Below, in pieces: positions 1 through 9,776 of a stretch of DNA of 64,000 nt. Source of the DNA: an uncultured Dehalococcoidales bacterium (GTDB lineage: Bacteria; Chloroflexota; Dehalococcoidia; Dehalococcoidales; E44-bin46); assembly GCA_964627215.1 (NCBI GenBank), contig CAZVIZ010000002.1, positions 612-64,611 of the forward strand, read 5' to 3'. Numbering within the stretch: position 1 is the first letter of the stretch; each line of letters starts with the position of its first letter. The translations under genes and the position numbers were made by a program. A model generated the notes under the pieces. It saw nothing but the letters and a program-made list of their open reading frames with translations, did not search any database and was not told the origin of the DNA.

Positions 1-1
1 G

Positions 2-1900
2 GTTATTCAGATTTTGAGCCGTCGTACTAAGAACAACCCTGCCCTGATCGGCGAGCCCGGCGTTGGCAAGACGGCCATCGTGGAGGGGCTGGCGCATCGA
101 ATAGTCGCCGGGGACGTCCCCGAGGTACTGGAGGGCAAGCGCCTAATCGTGCTGGACATCGGCTCGGTAGTAGCGGGCACCAAGTACCGCGGCGAGTTTG
201 AAGAGCGCATGAAGAAGATAATAGACGAGATTAAGAATGCGGGCAACTGCATGCTGTTTATAGACGAGTTCCACTCCATGGTGGGCGCTGGGGCGGCGGA
301 GGGGGCGGTGGATGCCGCCAACCTCCTAAAGCCGTCGCTGGCCAGGGGCGAGCTTCAGTGCATAGGTGCCACCACGCTGGACGACTACCGTAAGTATATA
401 GAGCGAGACGCCGCCCTGGAGCGGCGCTTCCAGCCCATACTGGTGGAGGAGCCGTCCACAGATGATGCCCTGGCCATACTGCGCGGAATCAAGGAGCGCT
501 ACGAGGAGCACCATCGCCTGGAGATAAGCGACGAGGCTCTGGAGGCGGCGGTGAATCTGGGCAGCCGCTACATACCCGATCGCTTCCTCCCCGATAAGGC
601 CATAGACCTGGTGGACGAGGCGTCCTCCCGCGTGAGGATAAGGCAGAGGAGCATGCCCATCACCCTGAAGGATGCCAAGAAGGTTGGCGAGCGGGTGAGC
701 AAGGACAAGGACGATGCCATGGCCAACCAGCAGTACGAGTATGCTGCTGAGCTTAGGATTAGAGAGCGTCAGATAGACGATAAGATAAAGAAGCTGGAGG
801 AAGAGTGGCGGGGCAAGCAGGAGCAGGAGAAGGTTATGGTTACCGCTGAGGATATAGCCGAGGTGGTCAGCATGTGGACCAATATCCCCGTGGTACAGCT
901 TGCCGAGGAGGAGTCCGAGCGGCTTTTAGGCATGGAGGGTGCCTTACACGAGAGCATAGTGGGCCAGGACGAGGCTATAACCACCATCGCCAAGGCGGTG
1001 CGGCGTGCCCGCGCGGGACTCAAGGACCCGCGCCGCCCCATAGGCAACTTCATCTTCCTAGGCCCCACTGGTGTGGGCAAGACCGCCCTGGTACGGGCGC
1101 TTTCACAGTTTATGTTCGGCAGCGAGGAATCGCTGATCCGCATTGATATGTCAGAGTTTATGGAGAAACACTCCGTCTCCCGTCTGGTAGGGGCGCCGCC
1201 GGGCTACGTGGGCTACGACGAGGGCGGCCAGCTCACGGAGGCGGTGAGGCGCAAGTCTTATAGCTGTATCCTCCTGGACGAGGTGGAGAAGGCGCACCCC
1301 GACGTGTTCAATATCCTCTTACAGATATTTGATGACGGGCATCTCACGGACGCCAAGGGGCGTAGGGTGGACTTCCGCAACAGCATAATAGTGATGACCA
1401 GCAACATCGGCGCTGAGCTTATCCGCAAGGGAACCAGCATCGGCTTCGCCTCTCGCTCCGATGAGGAGAAGAGCCGCGAGGACACGTATAAGAACATGAA
1501 GGAGAAGCTCCTGGAGGAGCTTAAGAAGGCCTTCCGCCCCGAGTTCTTGAACCGCGTGGACAATGTCGTGGTGTTCCATCCTTTGAGCAAGGAGGACATC
1601 AGGAAGATAGTAGACCTGATGCTGGACACGGTCACGCAGCAGTTGGGGGAGAAGAAGATAAAGCTCCAGGTTAGCGATGCTGCCAAGGACTTCCTGGGGG
1701 AGAAGGGCTACGATGAGGTCTACGGTGCCCGTCCGTTGAGGCGGGTGATTCAGGATATGGTGGAGGACAACCTGTCTGAGGCCCTCTTGGGTGGCAAGTT
1801 CCACCCAGGCGATACCGTGGTGGTGGACATTAAGGGGGACCAGATCACCATAAACCCCTCCCCTGTGGGGATGGTTGCCGGTGGGAAGGACAAGGATTAG
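2..1900 (+). CDS. clpC: ATP-dependent Clp protease ATP-binding subunit ClpC (N-terminally truncated by window edge)
   Basis: The frame is open to the window edge ([13 protein letters not shown]...). It has two AAA+ modules with Walker A GEPGVGKT and GPTGVGKT, a middle coiled-coil region, and a typical ClpA/B/C C-terminal domain. Confidence 0.9.
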   Translation, partial: VIQILSRRTKNNPALIGEPGVGKTAIVEGLAHRIVAGDVPEVLEGKRLIVLDIGSVVAGTKYRGEFEERMKKIIDEIKNAGNCMLFIDEFHSMVGAGAAEGAVDAANLLKPSLARGELQCIGATTLDDYRKYIERDAALERRFQPILVEEPSTDDALAILRGIKERYEEHHRLEISDEALEAAVNLGSRYIPDRFLPDKAIDLVDEASSRVRIRQRSMPITLKDAKKVGERVSKDKDDAMANQQYEYAAELRIRERQIDDKIKKLEEEWRGKQEQEKVMVTAEDIAEVVSMWTNIPVVQLAEEESERLLGMEGALHESIVGQDEAITTIAKAVRRARAGLKDPRRPIGNFIFLGPTGVGKTALVRALSQFMFGSEESLIRIDMSEFMEKHSVSRLVGAPPGYVGYDEGGQLTEAVRRKSYSCILLDEVEKAHPDVFNILLQIFDDGHLTDAKGRRVDFRNSIIVMTSNIGAELIRKGTSIGFASRSDEEKSREDTYKNMKEKLLEELKKAFRPEFLNRVDNVVVFHPLSKEDIRKIVDLMLDTVTQQLGEKKIKLQVSDAAKDFLGEKGYDEVYGARPLRRVIQDMVEDNLSEALLGGKFHPGDTVVVDIKGDQITINPSPVGMVAGGKDKD

Positions 1901-1968
1901 CGGGCAGGACGTGCGCGAGTGGTTTATAATAGGCGGTAGCGCTCAGCTTAACTGGGTAAAATCGCCTA

Positions 1969-2223
1969 TTGTTATATTTAGAACGCCGAGGTGTGAAGTT
2001 GCCTGATGAGGTTGTAGAGGTCCCCATAGCGGGTAAGATTATCAGTATAGAGGTGAAGACGGGTGATGAGGTGGAGGAGGGGGATACCCTCTGTATACTG
2101 GAATCTATGAAGATGGAGAATCCCATAGAGGCCCCCGAGGACGGGGTGGTAAAGGAGATAGGTGTCTCCGAGGGCCAGATTGTCCAGCCCGGCGATACCA
2201 TCGCCGTGATAGAGTGCGAGTAA
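1969..2223 (+). CDS. small biotinyl/lipoyl-domain carrier protein (BCCP-like)
   Basis: Contains the biotin-attachment-type motif LESMKMEN and the hammerhead-like tail GQIVQPGDTIAVIE. The start is ambiguous: TTG 1969, GTG 1993, or TTG 1999 with GAGG about 7 nt upstream. Confidence 0.75.
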   Translation: MLYLERRGVKLPDEVVEVPIAGKIISIEVKTGDEVEEGDTLCILESMKMENPIEAPEDGVVKEIGVSEGQIVQPGDTIAVIECE

Positions 2224-2236
2224 GGCTTTAGGGGGG

Positions 2237-2266
2237 CCGCCGCTAATGGAGCGGCGGTTTTATTTT
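2237..2266 (+). terminator. intrinsic terminator downstream of the BCCP-like gene
   Basis: GC stem ccgccgct / agcggcgg with a 5-nt loop (aatgg), followed directly by ttttatttt. Confidence 0.7.
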
Positions 2267-2314
2267 GTATTACGGCTTTAAGCGGGAGGTGGAATCATAT
2301 TCAGTAAGATACTA

Positions 2315-3688
2315 GTGGTAAACCGTGGCGAAATAGCCCTTAGGGCGGTGCGGGAGTGCCGCCAGATGGGCATAAAGGTGGCGGTGGTGCACTCCGATGC
2401 TGATGTGGATGCCCTTTTTGTTAGGGAGGCCGACGAGGCCCACTCCCTGAAGGCCTCCACCCCCGGCTCCAGCTATCTTAACGTGGACAAGATAATGGAG
2501 ATTGCCTCAAGGTGCGGTGCCGACGCCGTCTATCCGGGTTACGGCTTCCTCTCCGAGAATCCCCAGTTCGTTAAGAGCTGCGAGGACAAGGGGCTAAAGT
2601 TCATCGGCCCCCCTTCTCACTCCATGTGGCGGGCCAAGCCCAAGCACCGCATGCGTGCCCTGATGGAGGAGAATGGCATCCCTGTATCGCCCGGCATCGG
2701 CCATGTATCCGAGGTGGATGAGAATATAGACGATGTTCTGGATGAGGTGGAGAAGGTGGGCTATCCGGTAATCGTCAAGCCCAGTGGGGGTGGGGGCGGC
2801 ATCGGCATCGGGGTGGCCGAGAATCGGGATGAGCTGATGAAGGCCATGAAGTATGCCCACTCCAGGGGCACGTCGGCCTTTGATGTCGCCGCATTCTACA
2901 TAGAGCGCTATATCCCCCGCGCCAAGCACATAGAGATACAGGTGCTGGCCGACGAGCACGGCAATATGGTCTATATGGGCGAGCGTGAATGCTCAGTCCA
3001 GCGCCGCTACCAGAAGCTCATAGAGGAGGCCCCTTCGCCGGTGATGACGCCGGAGTTGAGACAAGCCATGGGTGAGATGGCGCTTGATGTGGCGCGGGTG
3101 CTGGAATACCAGAACGCCCTCACCGTGGAGCTTATCTACTCCGTGGACACGGGCGAGTTTTTCTTCAATGAGGTGAACACCCGCCTTCAGGTGGAGCACC
3201 CCGTTACCGAGCTTATAACGGGCAAGAACCTGGTGCGGGAGCAGATACGCATAGCCGCCGGCGAGGAGTTGGGTTACTCCCAAGAGGACATCAAGCTTAC
3301 GGGCTGTGCTATAGAGTGCCGTATAAACGCAGAAGATCCCTTCCATGGCTTCCTGCCCTCCCCGGGCGAGATAACCGCCTACGACCCGCCTGAAGGGCCT
3401 GATATCAGGGTGGACAGCGGCGTCTACGCCGGCTACATAGTGCCCTTCTACTACGACCCCATGATAGTGAAGCTCCTGGCACGCGGCGACAGCCGCAATA
3501 AAGCCATAGCCAATATGAAGCAGGCACTGGGTGCGTTCCATATAGAAGGCATAAAGACAAACATACCGTTCCACAAGCTGGCCCTGGACGACGATGACTT
3601 CAAGAAGGGCGAATACACCACCAAGTTCGTTGAAGACCGCGACCTTGTAAAGCGGGTTAGGCGGGCGCTTAAAGCCGGCGAGATTTAA
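2315..3688 (+). CDS. accC: biotin carboxylase (acetyl-CoA/pyruvate carboxylase subunit A type)
   Basis: N-terminal NRGEIALRAVRECRQMGI, an ATP-grasp glycine loop (KPSGGGGGIGI) and NEVNTRLQVEHPVTE. 2315 is the first canonical start (GTG), but the true start is probably upstream at 2297 (see finding). Confidence 0.9.
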   Translation: MVNRGEIALRAVRECRQMGIKVAVVHSDADVDALFVREADEAHSLKASTPGSSYLNVDKIMEIASRCGADAVYPGYGFLSENPQFVKSCEDKGLKFIGPPSHSMWRAKPKHRMRALMEENGIPVSPGIGHVSEVDENIDDVLDEVEKVGYPVIVKPSGGGGGIGIGVAENRDELMKAMKYAHSRGTSAFDVAAFYIERYIPRAKHIEIQVLADEHGNMVYMGERECSVQRRYQKLIEEAPSPVMTPELRQAMGEMALDVARVLEYQNALTVELIYSVDTGEFFFNEVNTRLQVEHPVTELITGKNLVREQIRIAAGEELGYSQEDIKLTGCAIECRINAEDPFHGFLPSPGEITAYDPPEGPDIRVDSGVYAGYIVPFYYDPMIVKLLARGDSRNKAIANMKQALGAFHIEGIKTNIPFHKLALDDDDFKKGEYTTKFVEDRDLVKRVRRALKAGEI

Positions 3689-3711
3689 GCCGCCCCATCC
3701 CCGCCCACCCC

Positions 3712-5121
3712 TTGAATTACAGCCTCAAATTGGGTAAAGTCAGTTCCGTGAGCAGCTCTGAAAAGCAGCGTTCCAGGGTGGTCTATATCTGCCAGCAGTG
3801 CGGCAGGGAGAGCCTTAAGTGGTTGGGGCGGTGTCCCAACTGCCAGGAGTGGAACAGCTTCGTGGAGACCCGCGTGGCGGCCTCCGCGCCTTCCCGCGCT
3901 GCGGCCAAGAGTGTTGCCCCTCCCCGGGAGCTTTCCACCGTATCCACCGAAGCCGAGGAGCGCTTTCCCGTCTCTTTGGGAGAGTTGGACCGCGTGCTGG
4001 GTGGGGGGGTGGTGCCGGGGTCGCTTACGCTCATCGGCGGTGAGCCGGGCATCGGCAAGTCCACACTGCTTCTCCAGGCGGCGTCTCTGGTGGCTGGGGG
4101 GCGGGGTCGGGTGGCCTACGTCTCCGGCGAGGAGACCGAGCGTCAGATTAAGCTCCGGGCGGGGCGCCTGGGGGTGGGAGGAGAAGGGCTGTACGTTATC
4201 GCCGAGACCGACCTGGAGGCCGTTCTCGCCGAGCTTGAGGACATGTCTCCCGACCTGGTGGTGGTGGACTCCATACAGACGGCCTATATGCCTCACCTGG
4301 AGGGGGTGCCGGGCAGCATCTCCCAGGTTAAGGAGTGTACCCTGCGTCTTATGCGCTGGGCTAAAGAGAGTGCCGCGGCGGCCTTCATCGCCGGGCACGT
4401 TACCAAGGACGGTGCCATCGCCGGCCCCAGGGTGCTGGAGCACATCGTGGACGTGGTTCTGTACCTGGAGGGCGAGCGCTTCAGTTCTTTTAGGCTTTTA
4501 AGGTGCACCAAGAACCGCTTCGGCTCCACCAACGAGGTGGGCGTCTTCGAGATGAAGGCCGAGGGGCTTATGGAGGTGGCCAACCCCTCCCGTCTCTTCC
4601 TCGCCGAACGTGACGAGGAGGCCGTGGGCTCCGTGGTGGTGCCCACCATGGAGGGCAGCCGCCCCCTGCTGGTGGAGGTACAGGCGCTGACCAACCTGAC
4701 CACCTTCGGGCTGCCCCGCCGCACCGCCAACGGGGTGGACTTCAACCGCTTGCTCATGCTGGCGGCGGTGCTCTCCAGGCGGGCGGGCTTGAAGCTGGCC
4801 AACCAGGACATAATAGTAAATGTAACCGGCGGCCTTAAGGTGGGCGAGCCGGCGGCGGATATAGGCATAGCCCTGGCCATAGCCTCCAGCTATCGCGATA
4901 GGGCGGTGGCGCCCCACACGGCGGCGCTGGGGGAGGTGGGCTTGAGCGGGGAGGTGCGGGTGGTATCCCACTTGGAGCGGCGCCTTAAAGAGGCGGCTCG
5001 GCTGGGCTTTAAGCGCTGTATAGTGCCCCGGGCCGGGGCCAAAACAGCCGTAAAGGGCATAGAGCCCGTTGCAGTGAGCACGCTTAGAGAGGCCATAAGG
5101 GTGGGGCTGGTGGAGGGGTAA
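3712..5121 (+). CDS. radA: DNA repair protein RadA/Sms
   Basis: Zinc finger CQQCG..x..CPNC, Walker A GEPGIGKST, the KNRFG motif and a Lon-protease-like C-terminal domain. The start is uncertain (TTG 3712, TTG 3730 or GTG 3748). Confidence 0.9.
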   Translation: MNYSLKLGKVSSVSSSEKQRSRVVYICQQCGRESLKWLGRCPNCQEWNSFVETRVAASAPSRAAAKSVAPPRELSTVSTEAEERFPVSLGELDRVLGGGVVPGSLTLIGGEPGIGKSTLLLQAASLVAGGRGRVAYVSGEETERQIKLRAGRLGVGGEGLYVIAETDLEAVLAELEDMSPDLVVVDSIQTAYMPHLEGVPGSISQVKECTLRLMRWAKESAAAAFIAGHVTKDGAIAGPRVLEHIVDVVLYLEGERFSSFRLLRCTKNRFGSTNEVGVFEMKAEGLMEVANPSRLFLAERDEEAVGSVVVPTMEGSRPLLVEVQALTNLTTFGLPRRTANGVDFNRLLMLAAVLSRRAGLKLANQDIIVNVTGGLKVGEPAADIGIALAIASSYRDRAVAPHTAALGEVGLSGEVRVVSHLERRLKEAARLGFKRCIVPRAGAKTAVKGIEPVAVSTLREAIRVGLVEG

Positions 5122-5128
5122 CGCTATT

Positions 5129-6448
5129 ATGACAAACCTGTCGTGTAAATCCACGGTTAACAAACTACTCGAGGGTGGCATAAACTACAGAGGATACAAA
5201 GAGTTAGCGGACTACTTGAGGGAGCAAACTAAAGCGCCACTTGTGGATATTGCCCTAATTAGAACGCCAGAAATTAGGGAGAAGTTTTTCATGGCGATGG
5301 TTGAGCTTCAAAGAGAGTTGGTTCCTCGACATATTGATTTCCCCTCCCTTTATAAAGAAGTGTGGGAGCTTTTTAGAGAAGTTGTGCTAAACAAGTCCAT
5401 ATACCAAGACTCGGCTGAATTAGAGAACAAGGTGTCTGTGTTCTCGAGAGAAGTAAAGAAACCTCTGGTAGCCTTTGATGTAATTTATGAGATTAGGAAT
5501 TTTAATATAGACGGCAGGCACTTTAATCTCGGGGGGGTTGAGGTCTTTGAGCTAACGAGCGAACATTTAGAAAACTTCAGTTTGAATGAGTGGGGTATTG
5601 GTGATGATTGGCAACATAAGGTTGTTGCCAAAGTAGAGATAGACGCTGCGGATTCAAACGCAGCCAATATTATAGGTGATGCTGAAATTACTAGTGCCTT
5701 GGACATTTTGAGGCTTGCTATTAGAAGAGAGTCCCTAACTGGAAGTTCTGACTCCTCATTTTTGTGGGATTTAGGCAATTCTATCGTCATATCAAAGTCA
5801 AGGCTCAAGTTTGGTGTCATGTGCGAGGTATTTGACAACCGCAAAACTCGCCCCTTCATCACAGACCTGAGTAGTATGGTTGAGAAGTCACTGGAAAATG
5901 GAAGCTACTGGCGTTATATACTTGATGCTAAACTACCCCAAGATATACACAGACGTGTGATGAGAGCTATTAGATGGATTTCCCATGGCATTGTTGGGAA
6001 GGACATGGATTACAAGCTGGTAAATCTGTTCACAGCCTTGGAGATACTCCTATTACCTGAAGAAGAGCGCGAAACTGCCAAGGGTAAGGGTGCGCTTATA
6101 GCGCTTAGGCAGGTATTGGTCGGACAGAGCACTTATTGTGAGCCTAAGGGTATATTTAGCCTGTATAAGCTTCGAAACAAGATTATTCATGGCGGTTATC
6201 AAAATATAACGAGCTATTCGGATTACATTCATTTGCTTGCGTGTTGCGTCAATGTTTTGGAAGCAATCCTTCGCCTTTCGCAGAAATACCCAAGTATATG
6301 TAGCTCCAAGGCGTTACTTGATGAGGTGGAGAATAAGGAAACATTGAAAAAGTTTATTGAGGACTACAATTCGGGAAGTCATAAATGCCGTCAAGTTAAG
6401 GACATCGCAAAGAGGCTTCTGAAAAAGTGCTGTTGTGAGAATGAATAA
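5129..6448 (+). CDS. hypothetical protein; C-terminal alpha-helical domain with a HEPN-like R-x4-H motif (candidate RNase/abortive-infection effector)
   Basis: 439-aa ORF in a visibly AT-rich segment. The C-terminal ~170 aa are predicted helical and carry LYKLRNKIIHGG (R349-x4-H354), the hallmark HEPN motif. The N-terminal ~270 aa has no family I can recognise. Confidence 0.55.
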   Translation: MTNLSCKSTVNKLLEGGINYRGYKELADYLREQTKAPLVDIALIRTPEIREKFFMAMVELQRELVPRHIDFPSLYKEVWELFREVVLNKSIYQDSAELENKVSVFSREVKKPLVAFDVIYEIRNFNIDGRHFNLGGVEVFELTSEHLENFSLNEWGIGDDWQHKVVAKVEIDAADSNAANIIGDAEITSALDILRLAIRRESLTGSSDSSFLWDLGNSIVISKSRLKFGVMCEVFDNRKTRPFITDLSSMVEKSLENGSYWRYILDAKLPQDIHRRVMRAIRWISHGIVGKDMDYKLVNLFTALEILLLPEEERETAKGKGALIALRQVLVGQSTYCEPKGIFSLYKLRNKIIHGGYQNITSYSDYIHLLACCVNVLEAILRLSQKYPSICSSKALLDEVENKETLKKFIEDYNSGSHKCRQVKDIAKRLLKKCCCENE

Positions 6449-7121
6449 GACCGAAAAGATAGGCGCCATAATCGCCGCCGCCGGCGGTGGGGAACGCATG
6501 GGTGGGGTGGACAAGATATGGGCCGAGCTGGGGGGCAGGGCGGTGGTGGCCTGGGCGCTTCAGGCATTCTCAGATTCAGGCCTGGTTGATGAAATTGCTT
6601 TGGTATTATGTGAAAAAGATTTGGAGCGGGGGAGGGAACTGGTTGACAAGGAGGGGTGGAAGGGTGTGAGGGTGGTGATGGGGGGGAGGCGGCGGCAGGA
6701 CTCGGTGGCGAACGGGCTTCAAAAGCTTGTTGGCTGCGACTGGGTGCTGGTGCACGACGGCGCCAGGCCGCTGGTGACTTCGGACATAATAGAGCGTGGC
6801 CTTGAGGCCGCCAGGGAGACGGGGGCCGCCGCCGCCGCTGTGCCTGCCACCGATACCGTGAAGGCCGCCGCCCCCGACATGATGGTGCTCCAGACGCCGC
6901 CACGTGGAAATCTGTGGGCTGTTCAGACGCCGCAGGTGTTCTGCTACTCGCTTCTTATGAAAGCCCACCAGAATGCCGCAGACGTCACCGATGACGCTTC
7001 CATGGTGGAGGTGCTGGGGGGCAGGGTTAAGCTCTATATGGGTGCCTATGATAATATTAAGATAACAACCCCATCGGACCTCGCCGTGGCAGAGGCCTTA
7101 CTCAAGGGGCGGATTAAATAA
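6435..7121 (+). CDS. ispD: 2-C-methyl-D-erythritol 4-phosphate cytidylyltransferase
   Basis: N-terminal AIIAAAGGGERMGG nucleotide-binding loop and VLVHDGARP. It is followed directly by ispF. The start is GTG 6435 or ATG 6441, overlapping the stop of the upstream ORF. Confidence 0.9.
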   Translation: MRMNKTEKIGAIIAAAGGGERMGGVDKIWAELGGRAVVAWALQAFSDSGLVDEIALVLCEKDLERGRELVDKEGWKGVRVVMGGRRRQDSVANGLQKLVGCDWVLVHDGARPLVTSDIIERGLEAARETGAAAAAVPATDTVKAAAPDMMVLQTPPRGNLWAVQTPQVFCYSLLMKAHQNAADVTDDASMVEVLGGRVKLYMGAYDNIKITTPSDLAVAEALLKGRIK

Positions 7122-7606
7122 TGGATATGCGTGTAGGCATAGGCTATGATGCGCATCGTCTGGCTGAAGGCCGTCGGCTGGTGCTGGGTGGGGTGGAGAT
7201 ACCCTTCCCCCAGGGGCTTTCCGGCTGGAGCGACGCCGACGTGCTTACCCATGCCATTATGGACGCACTGCTGGGGGCGGCGGGCTTGGGGGACATCGGG
7301 GGACGTTTCCCCCCCGGAGAGCCTGAATACGAGGGCATAGAGAGCCTCAAGTTGCTTAAGCGGGTGGGGGGCATACTTAAAGATAACGGTTGGCAGGTGG
7401 CCAACATAGATGCTACTATTGTAGCCGAGAAGCCCCGCCTGAGCGGGTTCGTGGATGAGATGCGGGCCAACCTGGCGCGGGCGTTGGATGTGAGTGTGGG
7501 GAGGGTGAGCGTGAAGGCGACCACCCAGGAGGGGGTGGGCTTCACCGGTAGGGGGGAGGGGATGGCGGCTCTTGCCACCGCCCTCCTGGAAGCTGCCGAT
7601 AGGTGA
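7121..7606 (+). CDS. ispF: 2-C-methyl-D-erythritol 2,4-cyclodiphosphate synthase
   Basis: MRVGIGYDAHRL...GGVEIP...HSDADVLTHA-type motifs. The ATG overlaps the ispD stop (TAATG). Confidence 0.92.
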   Translation: MDMRVGIGYDAHRLAEGRRLVLGGVEIPFPQGLSGWSDADVLTHAIMDALLGAAGLGDIGGRFPPGEPEYEGIESLKLLKRVGGILKDNGWQVANIDATIVAEKPRLSGFVDEMRANLARALDVSVGRVSVKATTQEGVGFTGRGEGMAALATALLEAADR

Positions 7607-7656
7607 AGCCGAGCTTAAAACCTGGGGGAATATCTCGGTAAGCGAGGTGAGGTTCT

Positions 7657-8289
7657 ATGTCGCTTTGGGAAAGCATCGATAGGGATATACAGGCCGCGCT
7701 GGACAACGACCCTGCTGCCACTGGCAGGTGGCTGGTATTTTTTACCTACCCTGGCTTTCACGCCCGTTTACATCACCGCCTGGCCCACGCCATCTATAAG
7801 GCGGGCTGCCGCTGCCTGGCGCGGGTGGTGGCCGGCGCCAGCCGCTTCCTCACCGGCATAGAGATACACCCCGGCGCCCGCATAGGGGAGGGGCTGTTCA
7901 TAGACCACGGCATGGGCGTGGTGATAGGAGAGACGGCCGAGATAGGCGATAACGTGGTTCTGCACCAGGGGGTTACCCTGGGTGGCACCAGCCATAAGCG
8001 CATCAAGCGCCACCCCACCCTGGAGGACAACGTGGTGGTGGGCACGGGGGCGCAGATAATCGGAGATATAGTCATCGGCGAGGGCTCCAAGGTGGGCGCG
8101 GGCTCGGTGGTGGTGAAGTCGGTGCCCCCCCACGCCACCGTGGTGGGCGTGCCGGGTCGGGTGGTGGCCATAAGGGACCCCGATACCGATACCGTGGAGA
8201 AACTGCCAGACCCTGTGGGTGAGAGGCTGAAGTCCCTGGAGGACAGGTTGTCCGCATTGGAGAAACAGGAGGGAAAAGGGAACAAGTGA
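7657..8289 (+). CDS. cysE: serine O-acetyltransferase
   Basis: Contains the DPAA...YPGFHA N-terminal SATase motif and hexapeptide repeats ([34 protein letters not shown]). Confidence 0.9.
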   Translation: MSLWESIDRDIQAALDNDPAATGRWLVFFTYPGFHARLHHRLAHAIYKAGCRCLARVVAGASRFLTGIEIHPGARIGEGLFIDHGMGVVIGETAEIGDNVVLHQGVTLGGTSHKRIKRHPTLEDNVVVGTGAQIIGDIVIGEGSKVGAGSVVVKSVPPHATVVGVPGRVVAIRDPDTDTVEKLPDPVGERLKSLEDRLSALEKQEGKGNK

Positions 8290-9770
8290 AGGTGCATAAT
8301 ACCCTGTCCGGGAAGAAGGAGGAGTTCATCCCCGGGGAGGATAAAGAGGTTAAGATGTACGTCTGCGGCGTGACCCCATACGACGACTCCCACATCGGTC
8401 ATGCAATGAGCTATATCATCTTTGACGTAATCCGCCGCTACCTGGGCCGTATAGGCTATAAGGTTAGACATGTACAGAATATCACCGATATAGACGATAA
8501 GATTATAAACCGCGCCAACGAGCGCGGCGTGTCCACTGCGGAGCTGGCGGGACGCTTCGCCGCCAGCTACTTTGAGGATATGGAGGCGCTAAACGTCTCC
8601 CCCGCCGACGTATACCCCCTCGCCACCGAGGAGATACCCAAGATAATAGAGGTGATAGCGGGGCTTATAGATAATGGCCACGCCTATCCCGCCGGCGGCA
8701 GCGTATACTTCAGGGTTAAGAGTAAACCAGATTACGGCAAGCTGGCTCACCGCACCCTGGATGCCATGCTCCGCGAGGCGCGGGTAGAGGCGGGTAGTGA
8801 TAAGGAGGACCCCATGGACTTCGTCCTGTGGAAGGCGGCCAAGCCCGGCGAGCCTTCCTGGGATAGCCCCTGGGGGCCGGGGAGGCCGGGGTGGCATATA
8901 GAATGCTCCGCTATGTCGCTCAAGTACCTGGGGGAGAGCCTGGACATACATGGTGGGGGGCAAGATCTGGTCTTCCCCCATCACGAGAACGAGATAGCAC
9001 AGTCGGAGGGGTATACCGGTGTCGTCCCCTTCGTAAAATACTGGCTGCATAACGGGCTGCTTAACCTCGGTGAGGACAAGATGAGCAAGTCCCTGGGCAA
9101 CCTTATAACCATCAAGGATATTTTAAGCAATTACAGCGCAGACGGCCTGCGTATATTCATACTTAGCTCGCACTACCGCAGCCCCCTCACCTACTCACAG
9201 GAAACCCTGGAGGCGGCGGAGAGGGGTGCCGCCAGGCTGAGGCAGGCGGTGGGGGGACGGGGCAGCGGCAAGGGCGATGCGGGGATAGATCGCGAAGCCA
9301 GCCGCCGCCGCTTTACGGAGGCCATGGACGACGATTTCAACACCCCGCAGGCCATCGCGGTGCTGTTTGACCTGGCGCGGGGTATAAACCGCGCCGAGGA
9401 CGGAGGGCTGGACACTAAGGACGCGATATCGCTATTGAGAGAGCTGGGCGGCGTGCTGGGGCTTACCTTTAAGGCCAGGGGAATGCCGGCGCTGGACGCT
9501 ACTCCCATACGGGGGCTTGCCGAGGAGATTGCGGAAAAGGCCCGCGGCGCTGATGCGCCGGGGCTGGCCGGGGAGATAGAGGCGGTGGTGGTGGAGGGGG
9601 CGGGTGGCGATGATGCCGAGAAGGGCATAGAATTGCTCATCGCTATGCGCGGCATACTGCGCAGTCACAAGCAGTATGGCCTCGCCGACGAGGTGCGGGA
9701 GGGGCTGGCCGCCCTGGGGATAGCCCTGGAGGACGGTGCTGCTGGAACTACTTGGAAGAGGAAGGTATAG
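8286..9770 (+). CDS. cysS: cysteine--tRNA ligase
   Basis: Class I signature HIGH (HIGHAMSY) and KMSKS are both present, with a DALR-like C-terminal region. The GTG start overlaps the cysE stop (GTGA). Confidence 0.93.
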   Translation: MKVHNTLSGKKEEFIPGEDKEVKMYVCGVTPYDDSHIGHAMSYIIFDVIRRYLGRIGYKVRHVQNITDIDDKIINRANERGVSTAELAGRFAASYFEDMEALNVSPADVYPLATEEIPKIIEVIAGLIDNGHAYPAGGSVYFRVKSKPDYGKLAHRTLDAMLREARVEAGSDKEDPMDFVLWKAAKPGEPSWDSPWGPGRPGWHIECSAMSLKYLGESLDIHGGGQDLVFPHHENEIAQSEGYTGVVPFVKYWLHNGLLNLGEDKMSKSLGNLITIKDILSNYSADGLRIFILSSHYRSPLTYSQETLEAAERGAARLRQAVGGRGSGKGDAGIDREASRRRFTEAMDDDFNTPQAIAVLFDLARGINRAEDGGLDTKDAISLLRELGGVLGLTFKARGMPALDATPIRGLAEEIAEKARGADAPGLAGEIEAVVVEGAGGDDAEKGIELLIAMRGILRSHKQYGLADEVREGLAALGIALEDGAAGTTWKRKV

Positions 9771-9776
9771 GGACAT

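Noticed and set aside
3685-5181. Two long - strand ORFs (3685-4443 and 4498-5181) opposite radA
   Set aside because: They are antisense to radA, whose zinc finger, Walker A and Lon-like motifs are unambiguous. Arg/Gly/His-rich translations like these are typical antisense artefacts.
5485-5862. 125-aa - strand ORF inside the AT-rich island
   Set aside because: It is antisense to the longer 439-aa ORF. AT-rich DNA gives few stops in some frames, and there is no RBS or motif.
5100-6460. Integrase, transposase, direct repeats or a tRNA target flanking the AT-rich gene
   Set aside because: I looked for flanking repeats or mobility genes and found none by eye. The island cannot be called a mobile element from this window.
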